A stretch of 64,000 bases of DNA from assembly GCA_973895155.1 (NCBI GenBank), contig OZ316897.1, positions 1,514,515 through 1,578,514 of the forward strand, read 5' to 3'. This stretch comes from Marsupella aquatica (taxonomy: Eukaryota > Plantae > Marchantiophyta). The notes below the pieces were generated by a model, which ran no database searches, was not told the origin of the DNA, and saw only the letters and a program-made list of their open reading frames with translations. Positions 19,318-32,912 of the stretch are shown here, piece by piece. Every line of letters begins with the position of its first letter. Positions within the stretch are counted from its first letter, which is position 1. A program made the position numbers and the translations under genes.

Positions 19318-21645
19318 TCTCAAACACTTGTCAAGGAGCTTAAGCGGCTTTTCTCCCCAAAAGACTACCTAATACCTGCTCCATATCATACCAGGGTCAC
19401 AAAGGATTGACAAAACTTCTGAAATGTGCCTACAATGTCTAATCACTCCATACTTAAGTAGTTTCAACTCTCCACTTCTAGAGAGGTAGTCCGTTTGACT
19501 ACTTTTGTACTCACACCCTTCCCCTCTCCTCTACTCCAAGGATCAGTAAGGGGGATCTCTGCTCCAAGCTGTCACCTTAGAATAGATTCTCACACAAACA
19601 CCCAAGAACCCAAAGTACTTTCCTCTTCTAGCTTAAGTCTCCTCAAGACCCTCAAAGTAGTGTTACCCCTCAACCTTACCCCCTTGGCCTTGGTTTGGGT
19701 CCACACATCCCCTTTGAGCTCTAGAGAATGCGCCTCTATCTAAGGACTCTTCCTCTTGTTCTTACTTTTTGTTAACACCACACACCAAGCAAAGTACTTT
19801 CCACCCTCAAGCTATAATCCTCTCTAAGTCTCAAAGTAGTGCTATACCTTAACCTTGCCTCCTTGGCCTTGGTTTTGTACTAGCACATCCCCTTCAAGCT
19901 TAGACCAAGATTATATCATAGCATGGACTCTTCTCTTGCTCTCATATACTTCAAATGCACTCACACTTAATGGTCACAATGAAGATTGGCAAGTCTCCTT
20001 TTATTGCATCACCTTTACAACAAAAGTTCACTACACATTCTCCACACTAAGCATGGACCACCTCTCCCTTCTCAAGCTTAGCCCTACCTTGACAAGGTAG
20101 AGATTCCACTTAAGAGATGAGACTCCCGGTCCCTAACAAAGGAAAACTTTCTTCTTATATACTATTCTCCTTCCACACCACACCAAGCTTGACCTGGGGT
20201 CCAACTACTCCTCCCCCAAGTCCTCCTAACACACAAAGTCCAACTCTATAGTTCATAGCCCACTCTACAACCTGCTGTTTGACTCCTTCCAAGCCCTGGA
20301 ATATGCCACACATGAGTTGCATGCTTTGACCTCCAAACCTGCTCTCACTTATGGTCCTCCTCACCAGCTTCCCAACCCACTTGAAAGCTCGCAAAAAGAG
20401 TGAGTGAGTCTCAAGTTGTATCATGTCAAAGTTGGCTCCTTATTTACTAGTCCTTACTTACTACCCCGACCTATCAACTTACTTTCCTTACCCTAACGGC
20501 CTTGCACCTTTACCCTGAGGTACTCTCTTCTCCATGTATCCTAACTTGGGTGACACGGGTGAAAGAAGTGTCGACCTAAAAACCTGGTCTTACTTCCCCC
20601 ATGCCGACTCCCGTTTGCAAGCTATGGAGACCCCCTCGTGGCCTTCGCTAAAAATATATTTGAGTGATTACTTTTCTGGGTTTCCACCTTCGCCAAGGGG
20701 TGCCTTACCTTCCCCTAACTCAGCACAAAAACATTTGGGCCCCAACGGATACCCCTAGACAAAGTTATGCCCATTCTCCCAAGGCCTATTTTTGGTGTAA
20801 AGCGGGTGTAAGCGGCGACCCAATTACACTTGAACCTTACACGCCCCTTATGGGGATTCCACATGTCATGAGGGGAGAGTACTCTCATTATACTCACGTT
20901 TCTTATGAAAAAGATTGATAAGGACACCAATTTTTGCAACATTTTCCTCTCTCTTGAATTCAATCTGAAACGGCAGCATTCTCTATTGGATCGAATGACA
21001 GCAGGTCAATTGATAGCTCAGCCAGGTCTACAACACCCTTCTCAGTCCACATCCATAGCCATCCAACCTTGAAAGTGATTCAAAATTGCAGCAGAATTTT
21101 GCAGCAGCCATAGCCCACCAATTCATAGCTTGCAGCACAACAGCAGATTTGAAGCATAGTAGCTGATTCAAAGCACAGCAGCAGCAGCAGCCATAGCTTG
21201 ATTCCTTCTCAACAACTAGCTCTATTCCAATCACTTAGCCAAGCAGGTCTCTCTTCTCAATTTCGTAGCTGCCCACCTCTGCAATTTCGCAGCTAGCAAC
21301 AACATCCATCAATTCAGCAGCATCAAGGCAGCAGCCAGCCAATTCTTGTGAGCATCTCATGCCTGATTAATAGCAGCACCTCTAATCTATTGTGCCGCTG
21401 CCATAGCAGCAAGCAACCTTCCCAATTCAAAGCCAACCTCCCTATTCCAATCAGCAGCCATAGCTCACAATTCAATTTCACAGTAATAGCTGGGTCAAGT
21501 CCTTCTCAGCAGCAGCTAGCTCAATTCAATCCCGCACCTGCCTATTCAGATCAAGAGTGGCCTATTTTGATGAGCACCAGCCCTTCAATTAGCCCACCTC
21601 GTGCATTCCTGCCCATGTCGTGCTTGCCTGACCTCGTGCTAGTCT
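19318..21645. mobile_element. Truncated copy of the 2.76-kb LTR family
   Basis: Colinear with 38919-40800 (TCAAACACTTGTCAAGGAGCTTAAGC...). Confidence 0.85.
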
Positions 21646-21860
21646 GGTCGCACCGAGCCGAGGCCGGAAGTAAGGACGTCAGGGGAGGGAACACAATTAG
21701 GGTTAGGGCGCGCTGAGTATCGATGGCTATGGGTAACTAACGGGAAGGAAGACCAGGCAGGGGGGTAAGGATTGATTGCAAGGAATGATGGTTCATTTGC
21801 AAGCGCAAACTAAGCAAACAACTACGTTAAGCAACTGCTGTCAGTTGCTTAGGCAAGCAC

Positions 21861-23198
21861 TTGGGGCGGGAGCAAATACCGACTATCAATCTCGCTATCA
21901 ATTCAAAGAAGGTTATGAGCAACGTCAATCAAGCTGCTCATTTTTGGGGATGCCTGTTAGAACGGGCATCTGAGTACATTGGGACCTACGAGGACAAAGA
22001 ATTGGAAAAAGCCGCTCGAGAATGGCAGGAGCTCGCTCAACTATGGGAGCTGCAGAAGTCTGCCTTCTTAGGAGGAGAACTCATCACGGCTAAATTCTTG
22101 TGGACACCTACTGGCAACAAGCTAGACAACCTTTTGGTTTGTGAAAATAGAATAGTCGGCATCCGCAAAGCCATCAACCGCTGCAACGACATTCACTGGG
22201 AGTTGAAGGGTAGCACGGAGGGGTGGACAAGGCAACCGTCCTCTGAGAAACATCCACAATAGCAGCTATGAAGAGGAAGGGGGACGCCAACAAAGTGACC
22301 ACCCCTACGAAGAGAACAAGGTCGGCGGCACCAAGGAAGCCAGCCAAGCAAGGGAGCAGGAGTCAGGACAAAGCTGAAGAAGAGGAGGTTGACCCCATCA
22401 ATGTCGTTCCGACAAGAGATGACACCTGGAAAGGCTGGGCGGCAACCCTCCCCGAGGAAGTGCAATTACACTTTGCACGTGAAGAGGATGCATGCTTTAC
22501 GGCTATGCAGACTCGGAAGTACCAGGGCTTCATGGCTGAAGCCGAAGGTGCCGGATTCAGACTTATTAGAATTTGTGGGATCATGGGAGCCCAAGACAAA
22601 TTCCACAAGGGTGTATGGGAAGGATTTCTATCTCACTCCCCGGGTGATTGCCGATGGGCAATAAGACCAAAGTAGATACCAGGAAGACCTTGCCAGACAA
22701 GGAGTTCCGATCGTTCCCAAGGCCATCAACGAAGAATGGCTTCTTTTGGAACACCTATACCAACCTGCACATAGGAGAGATCATTGATTTCTTGCGGGTA
22801 ACCATGCACTGCAACTTGCCGAGGCCAGAGATTGGCAAGGCACAGGTCTACCTAGCGGAGAGGCCAGACCCAAGCCGGGACTACAACGGGTACCTCCTCA
22901 CCCAACTGAAGAAAATCTTGAAGGAGGAACAACAGGTGATCGGCCTGGGAAGCGTGTCCCGACTTGGCTATCACATGCCACTGTTGTGCCGGTATGCCCG
23001 AAGTCAGATCTTTGCCCCGGTACTTCCCCTGCGGGCAAGGGCACCAGAGGAGGTTTTGGAACAAAGGCCAGCACCAGAGAAGCCCAACCAGCCCGACAGC
23101 CCAACGATCGAGTAGGTGTTTAGGCCGAGGATAGAAGACTTGCCGATGCAGCAACCAGGCATGCAGAATCTGCTGAAATTGCTGGAGAAGGAAAAGAG

Positions 23199-23231
<33 letters not shown>

Positions 23232-25338
23232 AACACCGATACTGAACACTACTCCAGAAGTCGGCCTAAGCCGACTTACAAGGGAAAACCCTTTTACCGG
23301 AGCCAAGGAAAGAAGGAGGCTGGAACACAAGCCGGGGGTTTGAATGTATGTAGGAGCCTCGAGTCCCATAGCCAAGGGAAGGCAGCCTAAGGCTCCTGTT
23401 CAAGGGGAACAAAGAGAGAAGACAGCCTGGAAGCCAAAGGAGGAACTAGGACCTGTTAGCTATGATCGGCAGGAGGCCGTGTTCACGGCAAGACCAGGGG
23501 AGCAGCAGGGGGAGCCGGTAGTCCAAGCAGTGGAGGAGGCGGTGGAGGACTACGGCAACGATGACTTCGGCTACGGGTTGGACCATCATGTCCCAAGAAT
23601 AAGGACCTATGGCCGTTTCATCCCCACACTTCCAAGAGTAGTTCGAGGGGACCCCACCCAGCAGAACAGCCCCAAGTCTCGCCCGCCAGATGTTGCTCCC
23701 CCGAGCTTTGACGGCATAAAACAGACGGCGCAAGAATTTTAGGAGCGACTCAGGGAGGAAGAGAAGGCAGCCCTGGCTAGGGAGAAATATTTACCAGGGG
23801 GAGAATGGCCAGAGGACATCAGGCGGCTTGCAAAAAAATGAAGCAGCCCTCCAGCCACGATAGAAGAGATCCGAAAGGTGGCTTGGGAACAAAGGCCACG
23901 GTGGTTGATGCCGATGACTTCTACTTACTCCACCTATGCTAAAGAAAGAGCCATGGATTATGGGGAGATGTGTGGGGAACTTGCACTCAGCATCTTTGGG
24001 GAGGAGTTGGAGCAAGGACCCTTTGTCCAGAGGGAGATGTTGGAACAATGTCGATTGGAAGAAGTGGTGGCTTTGGAGAGAAGAAAGAAGGACGAGGTCA
24101 TCCGACGGCTTAGGGAGAGGGAAGCCAAGGTAGAGAACCTGAAGGCGGCCAAGAAAGCCCAAGATGAGCTGCAAATTAAGCGGCATGAGCTAAACATCAT
24201 GCAGGAGCAACTAGATACCGCTCAGTCTGATAATCAGATTATCAAGGATAAACTGACTCAGACCCAAGGAGTGTTGGCTGATGCGGTCAAGGAAAGGGAG
24301 AAGTGGAAGCGGGAGCTGAGGGACGCAGAGGAGGCCCACATAGCAGCCAACAATCGGGCCATGGCAGAGACTCAGAGAAGGGAAAGGGCATTGAAAGGGG
24401 AACTCAAGGATATCCACGGAGCCCTTGAGCAGAAGGAGGCCGAGTTAGGGAAATCCTATGATCAAGGGATTATTGTGCTGCAACAGGAGCTTGCATCCCT
24501 GACGGCCAGCTTCAAGGCCGACCTACGTGAGAAAGACGACCAGCTCGATCAGACTTATGCCAAGATGAACAAAATGGAGTCTGAGGTCGTAACGGAGCTC
24601 GACAAGGAGCTGAGAGCAACCCAGGAGGAGAGGGCTACCTTAAAGAAGGAATTGGAGGAAGCCCAGAAGGAATTGGAGGAAGCCAAGAAGGAGCTAGAGG
24701 AGGCACGCAAGGACCTGGACGAAGTGCAGGAAGAGTTAGAGGAAAGCACCAGGAAGATGGAGAACTTACAATGGCGAGCCGACAACCAAATGGAGCGGTT
24801 GAAGAAACAAGCCACAGTATTTAAGTGCTTGGCTTCATCTGGTCCAATTGGGGCAACCAAGCTGCCAGGAATAGTACTGGCCGAAGGACAAGCCGTGACA
24901 CTCACACCCGTGCCGGAGATAAGTGGCAAGGGGAAGGGACCAACTGCCAAAACAAGGAAGAAGAAGAAGCGGAAACCTGCTGGGTCAGGGAGTAATGCAG
25001 CTTCTCAAGCCGTCGTGACAGAGGAGGTACAACCGGCGCCAACCTCGGGCAGGATCACGGTAGATCCAACCCTAGAAGGCGAAGATGGCAAGGCCAAGGC
25101 CAGAACAACCAGTGATGAAGCCGGGGTATCGGATCCTCCACTAGAACAGGTTGGGGAGGCCGTGACCGTATCGGAGGCCATGGCCGATGCTGAGACCAAA
25201 GCCAAGCGTGGACTCAGTCAGGCCGATGGAGAGTTGACTGGGTTTGGGGCAAGTAATCTGTCAGAGAACGGACCGACGGCAGTGGCTGCAGAGGAAGCGT
25301 TGGGGGCGACCATTGAGGACCAGCCACCGCTACCATGA
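21861..25338 (+). pseudogene. Fragmented retroelement-associated ORF(s) ending in a long coiled-coil protein (23878-25338)
   Basis: Chain of plus-strand ORFs broken by stops and frameshifts. Heptad repeats (KKELEEAQKELEEAKKELEEARKDL). Adjacent to an LTR-like sequence. No catalytic motif recognised. Confidence 0.5.
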
Positions 25339-26259
25339 CGGTGGTGGAGGGCCGCTCCTTTTAAGGATGGCAGACATGGAGGGAGGAGGCGTGAGTGGGC
25401 AGGGTGGGCTCAGATCTCCAAGTTTAGAATTAGGATCATGACCAAGAGGCGGCCCTGGCACTTAGCTTAGTGGGATTGCGGATTCACTGGTAAGAGCAAC
25501 ACTTGTGCTCCTGCCTCGCTGTACATAGGTAGATTACAGTTAGGTAGATTAGGCTTACGCTGCAAGGAATTAGGCGGATCCACTACCAGGATAAGTACCT
25601 GGGCAGCGGGGAGTTCAGGGCCTTCTTCCTTAGCAAGTTTTTAGTGCACCAGTAGGGCTGGGATCAAGTAGTTAAAGAAGCTCTCGGTTAGTTATACTGT
25701 GACCCTTGTGTATATTCATGTTTCCTCATACCTAAGAGATGAATAGAGTTGGCCTCACGGCTTAGTTCGCAGATCTTGTGTATGAGAAGTACTGTTTGTA
25801 TGGCAAGTGCATGGTATAACTCAGTCAGAAGAAGTCATTTTGCTATTTGTGTGTTGCATTAACTTGTTTGAAGATTGCCCACATCAACCAAGAGGGGAGT
25901 AAGCAAGGTAGTAAGAGTTGGATGTGTCGAGTTGAGAGAGGTCTTAGCGGCTTACCCAAGCCAGTTGGGGATCATTTTGGCGGCGGAATCCAAACATACC
26001 TAAAGAAAAGGAGAGGAAGAGAAGGGAAGGCATAGAATAGGCCGGCTACGTATCTCATGACCCGATGAAGGATCTGTCCAGTATATGTGTGTAAAATGTT
26101 AGTAGAAGGAAGTTAGGAACGTCCCGTGCCGCTAAGCCGCGGAACCGACCTCGCCAAGAGCAAAACCTGTGGGAATCGGCTTGTGTAGGGGGGGTTTCTT
26201 GGGTTTAGGGAGCCATGGGATGCACCACACGTACCATTGCGGGTTGGCCTCAGCTAGCG

Positions 26260-26807
26260 ACTTTGCTAGATGATTCCGATGGATAGAAATTGAAGCCAAA
26301 ATTGAAGGGCAGAACTAGACATAATTGTGATAGATGTACAGGGAACGGCAGTGGATGACTAAGGAGAAAATGAGCAAGTTGGGATTGAAGCTAGCGTGAC
26401 GGGTGAAGTGTTGGTGCTTTGCGAGAGAATGGCCCGCCTTTTATACCCTGAGGGCTCGTCAGCCGAACGGCCCCTTCCTCCTTTTGATAGGCCGATCCTT
26501 TCACGCTTGCAATGTACCGGCCACTTTGCAGGTCCGGGTCAGAGCGTGTCAGCGAGCTGCCCCCTTGAGTCTTTATACGGACTCGAGGGGACATCCCTAC
26601 ACACCTATAACCCGGTGGTACAAATGGCGCTCCGCCGCCAGCCCGAGCGTAAATGCTCCTTATTGACTAATGATGTCCTAGTCGTGATTACTACCTAGCT
26701 ACTTTAGTGTCATTATGCTAATTACTACGGACTACTATGTCCTTAGCGCGCGTGCTGAGCATGGATTAGACTGGATCACTCATTAACCGCCGTGCTGGCG
26801 GCGTCAC
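26260..26807 (-). mobile_element. LTR-like repeat (family 2), copy 1
   Basis: The minus strand begins TGTGACGCCGCCAGCAC and has TATAAAA at about 26438-26444. Homologous to 37091-37637. Confidence 0.7.
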
Positions 26808-29800
26808 ACCTTTGTTGCAGAGCTCCTGCTCCAGCTGCCCCTTTTTCCTAGTAAGTTGTGCAACCTTGATTCCAGTATAGATTGAAGTATTCTTGTCTTA
26901 ATTGTGTCTATGTACATAGTGTCCTTCATTGCAATAGTCGCTTTGACCTGCTGAGTTTCAGCAAAGTGAATAAGGCATTCTGTCATCATTCCAATCGACA
27001 CATAGCCGGTATTTCTGCTACAAAAATTGAGCTTCAATATGAAATGATTTAAGCATTTATCCCCTCCCTAGACTGATCAAAGTAACCTACCAAAAGTATA
27101 TATGTTTTAACTATCCAAGTGTAGGTTTAACCGTCAAAGTGCAGGCCTTTGCTCAAGTGCTGGTTGGTGGCCTAAGTGCAGGGTGGTAGGCGGAGTACGT
27201 TGCTCGGCCCTATCACTTTTTCATTATTTGCCTATGGTGCTGGCATTTTTCTCACACTCATTCTCATTTTGCTATAATTGGCAATTCAATTATCCTTTAG
27301 AATTCAGGCAGAAGGTGAAGTATTAGTAAGACTACATTTTCCCTTTGCTCACAATTTTATTTCATAATCCTACTTGTCATAGCATTCTCTCTCACGGTTT
27401 GCTTATGGCCATTATTTGCATAGCAATAGCGCTAATCGAACAAAGGTGCAACTCAGGTGGAGATACGTGGAGCTGAGCTAAGCTGAGCTGAATCTTGCCA
27501 GGCCCTCATCAAGTGAGCGCAGGCTGGACCTGAGTTTCATTTGCGCAAGCTTGGTGGAGTCTGACCTTGGAGCTACCAGGGCCAATACTGGAAGGTACCA
27601 TTGCTCAATTTTACATTCAGCTTGTGTACTAGGCGGGAAATCCTACGTCGACCTTCTTGTGTAGTCCTTACCACAAAATCCCCCAAGTCTCTCATTCTAA
27701 GTCCTATCTCGCTGGATGTGAAATCACAAAGACTTCCAAAGTATATACTCTGTAGCCAATCATTCATTGCATTTGCGGCGGGAAATCCGAGCCATTGTTT
27801 TCCATATCTTCCTTCCATGAAGTTTGAATATTGAAACCTTGCAAAATGAACAAAACTTGCATTGCCTGAGATACTGAAACTGCCACCCGCTTTGTTTTAG
27901 TGTGTTTGGCTACTCGCTTGATCTTGCAACTTTGAAGCTGGGAGTCTAAAGAGTGGAGCTGACACCACGCATTGAAGGTAGTTGGAGTCATTAACCTGCC
28001 CCTATCCAGCTGAAGGAGGGTCAAGCACTCAGGCAAGAGTTTCTCCCAAGGAGGCACTGCTGTGAAGCTATATTGTATGTGTGCTGCTATATAGGTAAAA
28101 ACTTGGGGTAAGAGTTCCCTAGCTACTTTGGTAATTAATTGTGATTGCTTAAGGCCAACAAAGAAGTCAGCAAAGTATAATTTTCTACAATCTGTGAGCC
28201 CGGACATTTCCTTGCCTGCAAGCTACAACTTGTTGCATTCCCGCCTCATCTTGAATGTTGGTTTTTTCTTTGGCTTCATGGCTCTTCTCTGTGAGTTTAA
28301 TCACAGACTACACTATCCTTGCAAAGGTTATAAGTTAGGCAGTGGATTTAGGGAAGGACTTCTTGCTAGTGTTTTGTCCATAGCTTTTCAAGCAGCTTTC
28401 GTATTTGTGGCTAAGTTGGCCATTCTTGTAGAAACAAATGTGCAAAACAGAGCTCTTACTCTTGCTGCAAATTACACTCTGTTCTTTTGTGAACAGTTCC
28501 CATTATAGTATTTTTAACAATAGTTTCTTGGATCCCAACCTTATTCTTGCAAAATCCCACAAACTCTATTCCTTAGTCTGTGTCATTTCAGATTTGTTGT
28601 TGTATATGGATTGCATTCTTTGAACCATGAATGTTTTGTTGCATGCCTTCATGATTAGACCATCCCATTTGCTGAGGCTTGAAATGAGGCTTAGCCATAA
28701 GTAACGGACTTTTACGTTGTTGTCTCTCTTGCCTGAGTTCATGTTAGCTTCAGTCAATCCATCCCCTTGGCCATCCTTTGTTTCTCTTTTAGTTTGTCCT
28801 GAATTTTTGCATCTCGGATCTACCCACATACATGATAATGTACTTGCTCCATAAAGTTCTGAAGATATAAGCATTTTCTGTTAGACCAGGCAGCTTGGGA
28901 GTTGCTGAGTGTTACCTGCATTTGAGGGGCTACACCGGAGGCAATAGTGGAGGTTCACTTGCACAACACGATAGCCAGAAATTTTTCTCTCTATTGCAAC
29001 CTGCAAGCTGAGACTTGAAGTCTTTCTGGATACTTTAGCTTGCAAGATTGTTCATGAGGAGAGATGTTTTCCTTACAGTCCTGAATTTACTTGAGGCTGT
29101 ATTGTGGATGGTATCACTGCGCTCAACCTCCAATTGTCAAGCTTAGGACTTTGACATTGTCGGTTTTGTCTGTGAGCAGTTGTTTTCATTCCCATCTTCT
29201 TGAAGCTTTGTCAGCTTTTTGTCACCCCCTTGTGGTGGGGCTTTTTCTTGAAAGATCCTTATTGTGAACAGAGTCTGTACTTTGATTATGAAGTTTGACT
29301 GAGTTTCTGTTTACAAAAAGAATGTGACTGTGTAAGAGTTCCGCTTGGCAGTGGATTGGTTGAAGCACTTCCTGCTAGTGTGTTGCCCACAGCTCTTCGA
29401 CCAGCTTTTGTATTCCTTGTCTTTCACCACTTACGGTGACATCAATTCAGCTAAGACCATAGAAGGTTCCAAAGCATCTAACTTGTAAAATCGCATTCTA
29501 TTTGTTTTTGGAATAAGGTGTTGGGTGCCAAAAGAGACAACACAACAAACACGCTGAAAAGACTTCAGGACTGGGTCCAACAAGGTAGTGAAGGTGCTTA
29601 GAGCCATAGTAAGTATGCATTCTGTATCCTTTCTCTGTTGATGTGAGCTTGTGCATAGTGGGAGTTGTAGTTGGCAAGAGTTCCATAAGGCCAAATATGA
29701 ATAGTTCCAGAAGTATGTGTATGAACCAAGTGTAGAGTTGACTCTTTCTGAAGACATAAGCATTTTCTATTAGACCAGGCAACTTGGGAGTTGCTAAGTG

Positions 29801-30095
29801 TCACCTGCATCTGAGGGGCTACACTGGGGGCCCCTCAGATCCAAATATGATTTATATACATGTCCATCAAGAACATGGGTTTATCAGCAAGCTCTTTGTC
29901 TTAGGAAACTCAGCATCAAATATGTACTATGCACTTTTCATGCTATGTGTATACTGTGACCTGTAGTTGGAACCAAGATAGTGAGTGGGAACTGATAAGT
30001 TTAGGTTGGTTGTTGTTGGCAAGGCAAGTCAACCTTTTGCTCGCCTTGCTCATCAAAGGACGTGAATAGAGGACATCACAACAAAAGCAACACTT

Positions 30096-30527
30096 ATGGT
30101 GAGGACCCGCAACGCTGAACATATGCGGCTAGCACGCAAGGGAGAGATGTTGCGCCTTGAGTATGTCAGACTTGGGATCCTTCCAGCCTAGTCTACATGG
30201 TACTTTGAGTACCTTGTTGTTGCCAGGAACAACTATAGCCAACCTCTACTTGCTTCAGTACCCTTCCCGACATCCTTGGTATTCGTGTCTCTTGTACATG
30301 ACCCGCCACAAATTAGGTGCCAAGGGTGTGTGCATAGTTGCCAATATGACTATCCTGCCTGTAGGGCATTTGGCCTAGAGTTGGATGACCGTTCTCTTGG
30401 ATGTCAATATTTGCACAAAGCACAATGTATCATCTGGAACCACTTGCCATCCTGCAGTGTGCTTGGTGATGTCACTTGTCCTGCCCTCCTAGACCCCACC
30501 ACCGGTGCAATTGGTGTCTACACATGA
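30096..30527 (+). pseudogene. Cys/His-rich cargo ORF, copy 2
   Basis: ATGGTGAGGACCCGCAACGCT start with an internal CAG>TAG. Homologue of 13708-14157. Confidence 0.6.
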
Positions 30528-31238
30528 TGTTTGGATCACACGCTGGTAGAGGACCACTTGTCACACCGCATGCACAGACCAGAGACCATTGACCTATAAC
30601 TTAACACTCTGACTTCAACATAGAGGATATTTACTTAAAATTTTGATGTATGAGCAATTTTGGGTCCAGGGTTTAGGGTCAACAATACATAACTTATCCT
30701 ATTATGGCTGCACTAAGCAGAATATCTGAATTTAAGAGGCTAGCAAGCTCACTTAAAAGTCTCTATTCAAACACTGCTTTCATGACGACTTTAACTTGGT
30801 GAACATTGCAACGTTCAATGAATTAATGGGCCATGTGATAACCTGCAAAATGTGATTTATGCCTGACTTATTTGTCTCAGCCACTATCATAGCCTATTTA
30901 GGATGTATAAATTACAACCCTTATCACATTGCTTCATCCAATCCTGTTCGAAAAATGCCTGTTTTACATGTCACAACTATTGTATGTGATTCAAATGCAT
31001 GAAATGTTGTTGCAGATCTCCTTTGGTGAATCATAGCCACAAAATTGAGGTGTTGGTGGAGCAATTGTACTAGGGGATCAGTTTTGTGTGTGGGCTCAAC
31101 ATACCAAAAGTATGTCTGCTCTGCATCCTTGTGTGACCATTCCAATTCATTGTAGTAGCAAATGCCTTTGTACCTTAAATGCTAAATTTTACTTTCTGTG
31201 TAGTCTGCTAAATTGTATTGTCTATCTCATGCGCAGGC

Positions 31239-31495
31239 ATGGCACGCCCTAAAATTCAAGCCAAAAAGCATGTGACGAAGGTGAGCAACACAGGTGTACT
31301 TGGGCCAGATGTTACTAACTTCTCTGCAAGTCAGATTTTCCAGAAGGCAGCTCATTGTGGTGCCATTTTTTACGATGGTGGGGGCTTGGTCATCTGTGAG
31401 GGCCCTTGTATGAGGCATTTCCACCTCAACCCGGAGTCTGACCTTGCTACAGAAAACAACTGTCCAAGGGTGAGCCTCCCGTCAACACACCGGGG
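31239..31495 (+). pseudogene. EDM2-type PHD cargo gene, copy 2, truncated by deletion/inversion
   Basis: MARPKIQAKKHVTKVSNTG...ICEGPCMRHFHLNPES, then a break. Confidence 0.85.
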
Positions 31496-31665
31496 ACCCA
31501 TATGTTCACCTAATAATACAAGGACAACAAAATTCCTGCTTTTTGAGTTGATCCGGTCCACTAGTGCTCAGGTCCAATTTTGATAGGTACAGGAATTTTG
31601 TTGTCCTTGTATTGTTAGGTGAACCCATTCTTCCAAAATTCACTCTGATCACGTAGGGTGTGTAC

Positions 31666-32829
31666 ATGGAGCCTGGGAAACGTAGAAAGTGTGACCACCC
31701 ACTCGGGGGTTTCACTTCCACAAAAATGGCATATCACGTGCGACGAAGGATAGGGTCATTTTATTGGTTCTAAGGGAAGACTTAAGAATTTTTGTAGAAG
31801 AACAATAGGGTCTTTTAAATCCAATTTTGAGACTTAAAAGAACATTAGGGTCTTTTTAATCCAAAATTTAGAATATTCCAAGAATATTCCAACTTTATAA
31901 GGGTTAAAAAATAATATTTTTTTCTTACATTTTAGGGGGTCCAAGGCCTAAAAACGTCGTAGACGATGGGGAGGTCCCCATATAGTGAGACCCCTGAGAC
32001 CACCCAGCAGTGTTTACAAGGGTCAGAGCCATTTTGGTCCATGGCCAGCATGGGTTGACCAAAGTGCATTGGTCAACTTTAAAGAAATGATTCTCTGAGC
32101 TCCATGGTACTGTAGTTCAGGACATCACTCCAGAGACTACACATGTTGTTGCAGGGACATGGCTATCAGTGATAAAGAAGTGGTCATGGTCCTACATGAA
32201 TTCTGCAATTACTGAGCAAGGCCTCTTGGATCACAGATTCCATAGCACATCAGATTGTACAGGATACTGAGCAATACGAACTGTGGGAGGATGAAGAAGC
32301 TACTACATCAGCTTGGGTTGAACAAGAAGTCTGGGAAGCAAAGGCACGGCTTGCTGATGTCCAATATGGACCTGTACTCAACAAAGGACAAAGCTCAAGA
32401 AGGCTGAAGAGTATGTTGGTTGAGGACACGAAGCAACCAACCCCCATTCTGAAAGGGCTGAGCATCATGGTATTTGTGGAGGCGGGAATTGGAGAGGTTA
32501 AGTGCAAAGTGTACAAGTCCATAGTGCTTGACCTAGGTGGGACAGTGGAGGAGAATATAACAGAGGACACCACTCATGTTATTACTAGGTCATATCCCAA
32601 AGCCTGCCGCAAGTTTGGGAAGGGAGACATTCACTTTTATGTCATGTCCCATAATGTGTTTGTGGTATCATATGCTTGGCTTGTGGAATCATTAGCAACT
32701 GGGAAGCGTCAAAACCCAATGGACTATGATCTTTTTGAGGCCTGGCCATGGAAGGGTCAAGATCCACACACAGAGTACTATGTGACAACAAGTGAGCAAG
32801 GGGTCATTAGCGTTTTTGAATCAGAGTGA
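31666..32829 (+). pseudogene. Tandem BRCT cargo gene, copy 2 (MITE insertion, stop, deletion)
   Basis: Colinear with 1517-2389. Confidence 0.85.
31702..31998. mobile_element. 297-bp MITE with 15-bp imperfect TIR and 8-bp TSD (hAT-like; a 9-bp reading is also possible)
   Basis: CTCGGGGGTTTCACT...AGTGAGACCCCTGAG flanked by ACCACCCA. Absent from the paralog at about 2355. Confidence 0.9.
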
Positions 32830-32912
32830 GGAGTAGTAGCATCAGTTTGGACACAAGTTTTTTTGTATAAATCACATCTTTGAAATAAATGTGATCTTTG
32901 AACTAATGTATC

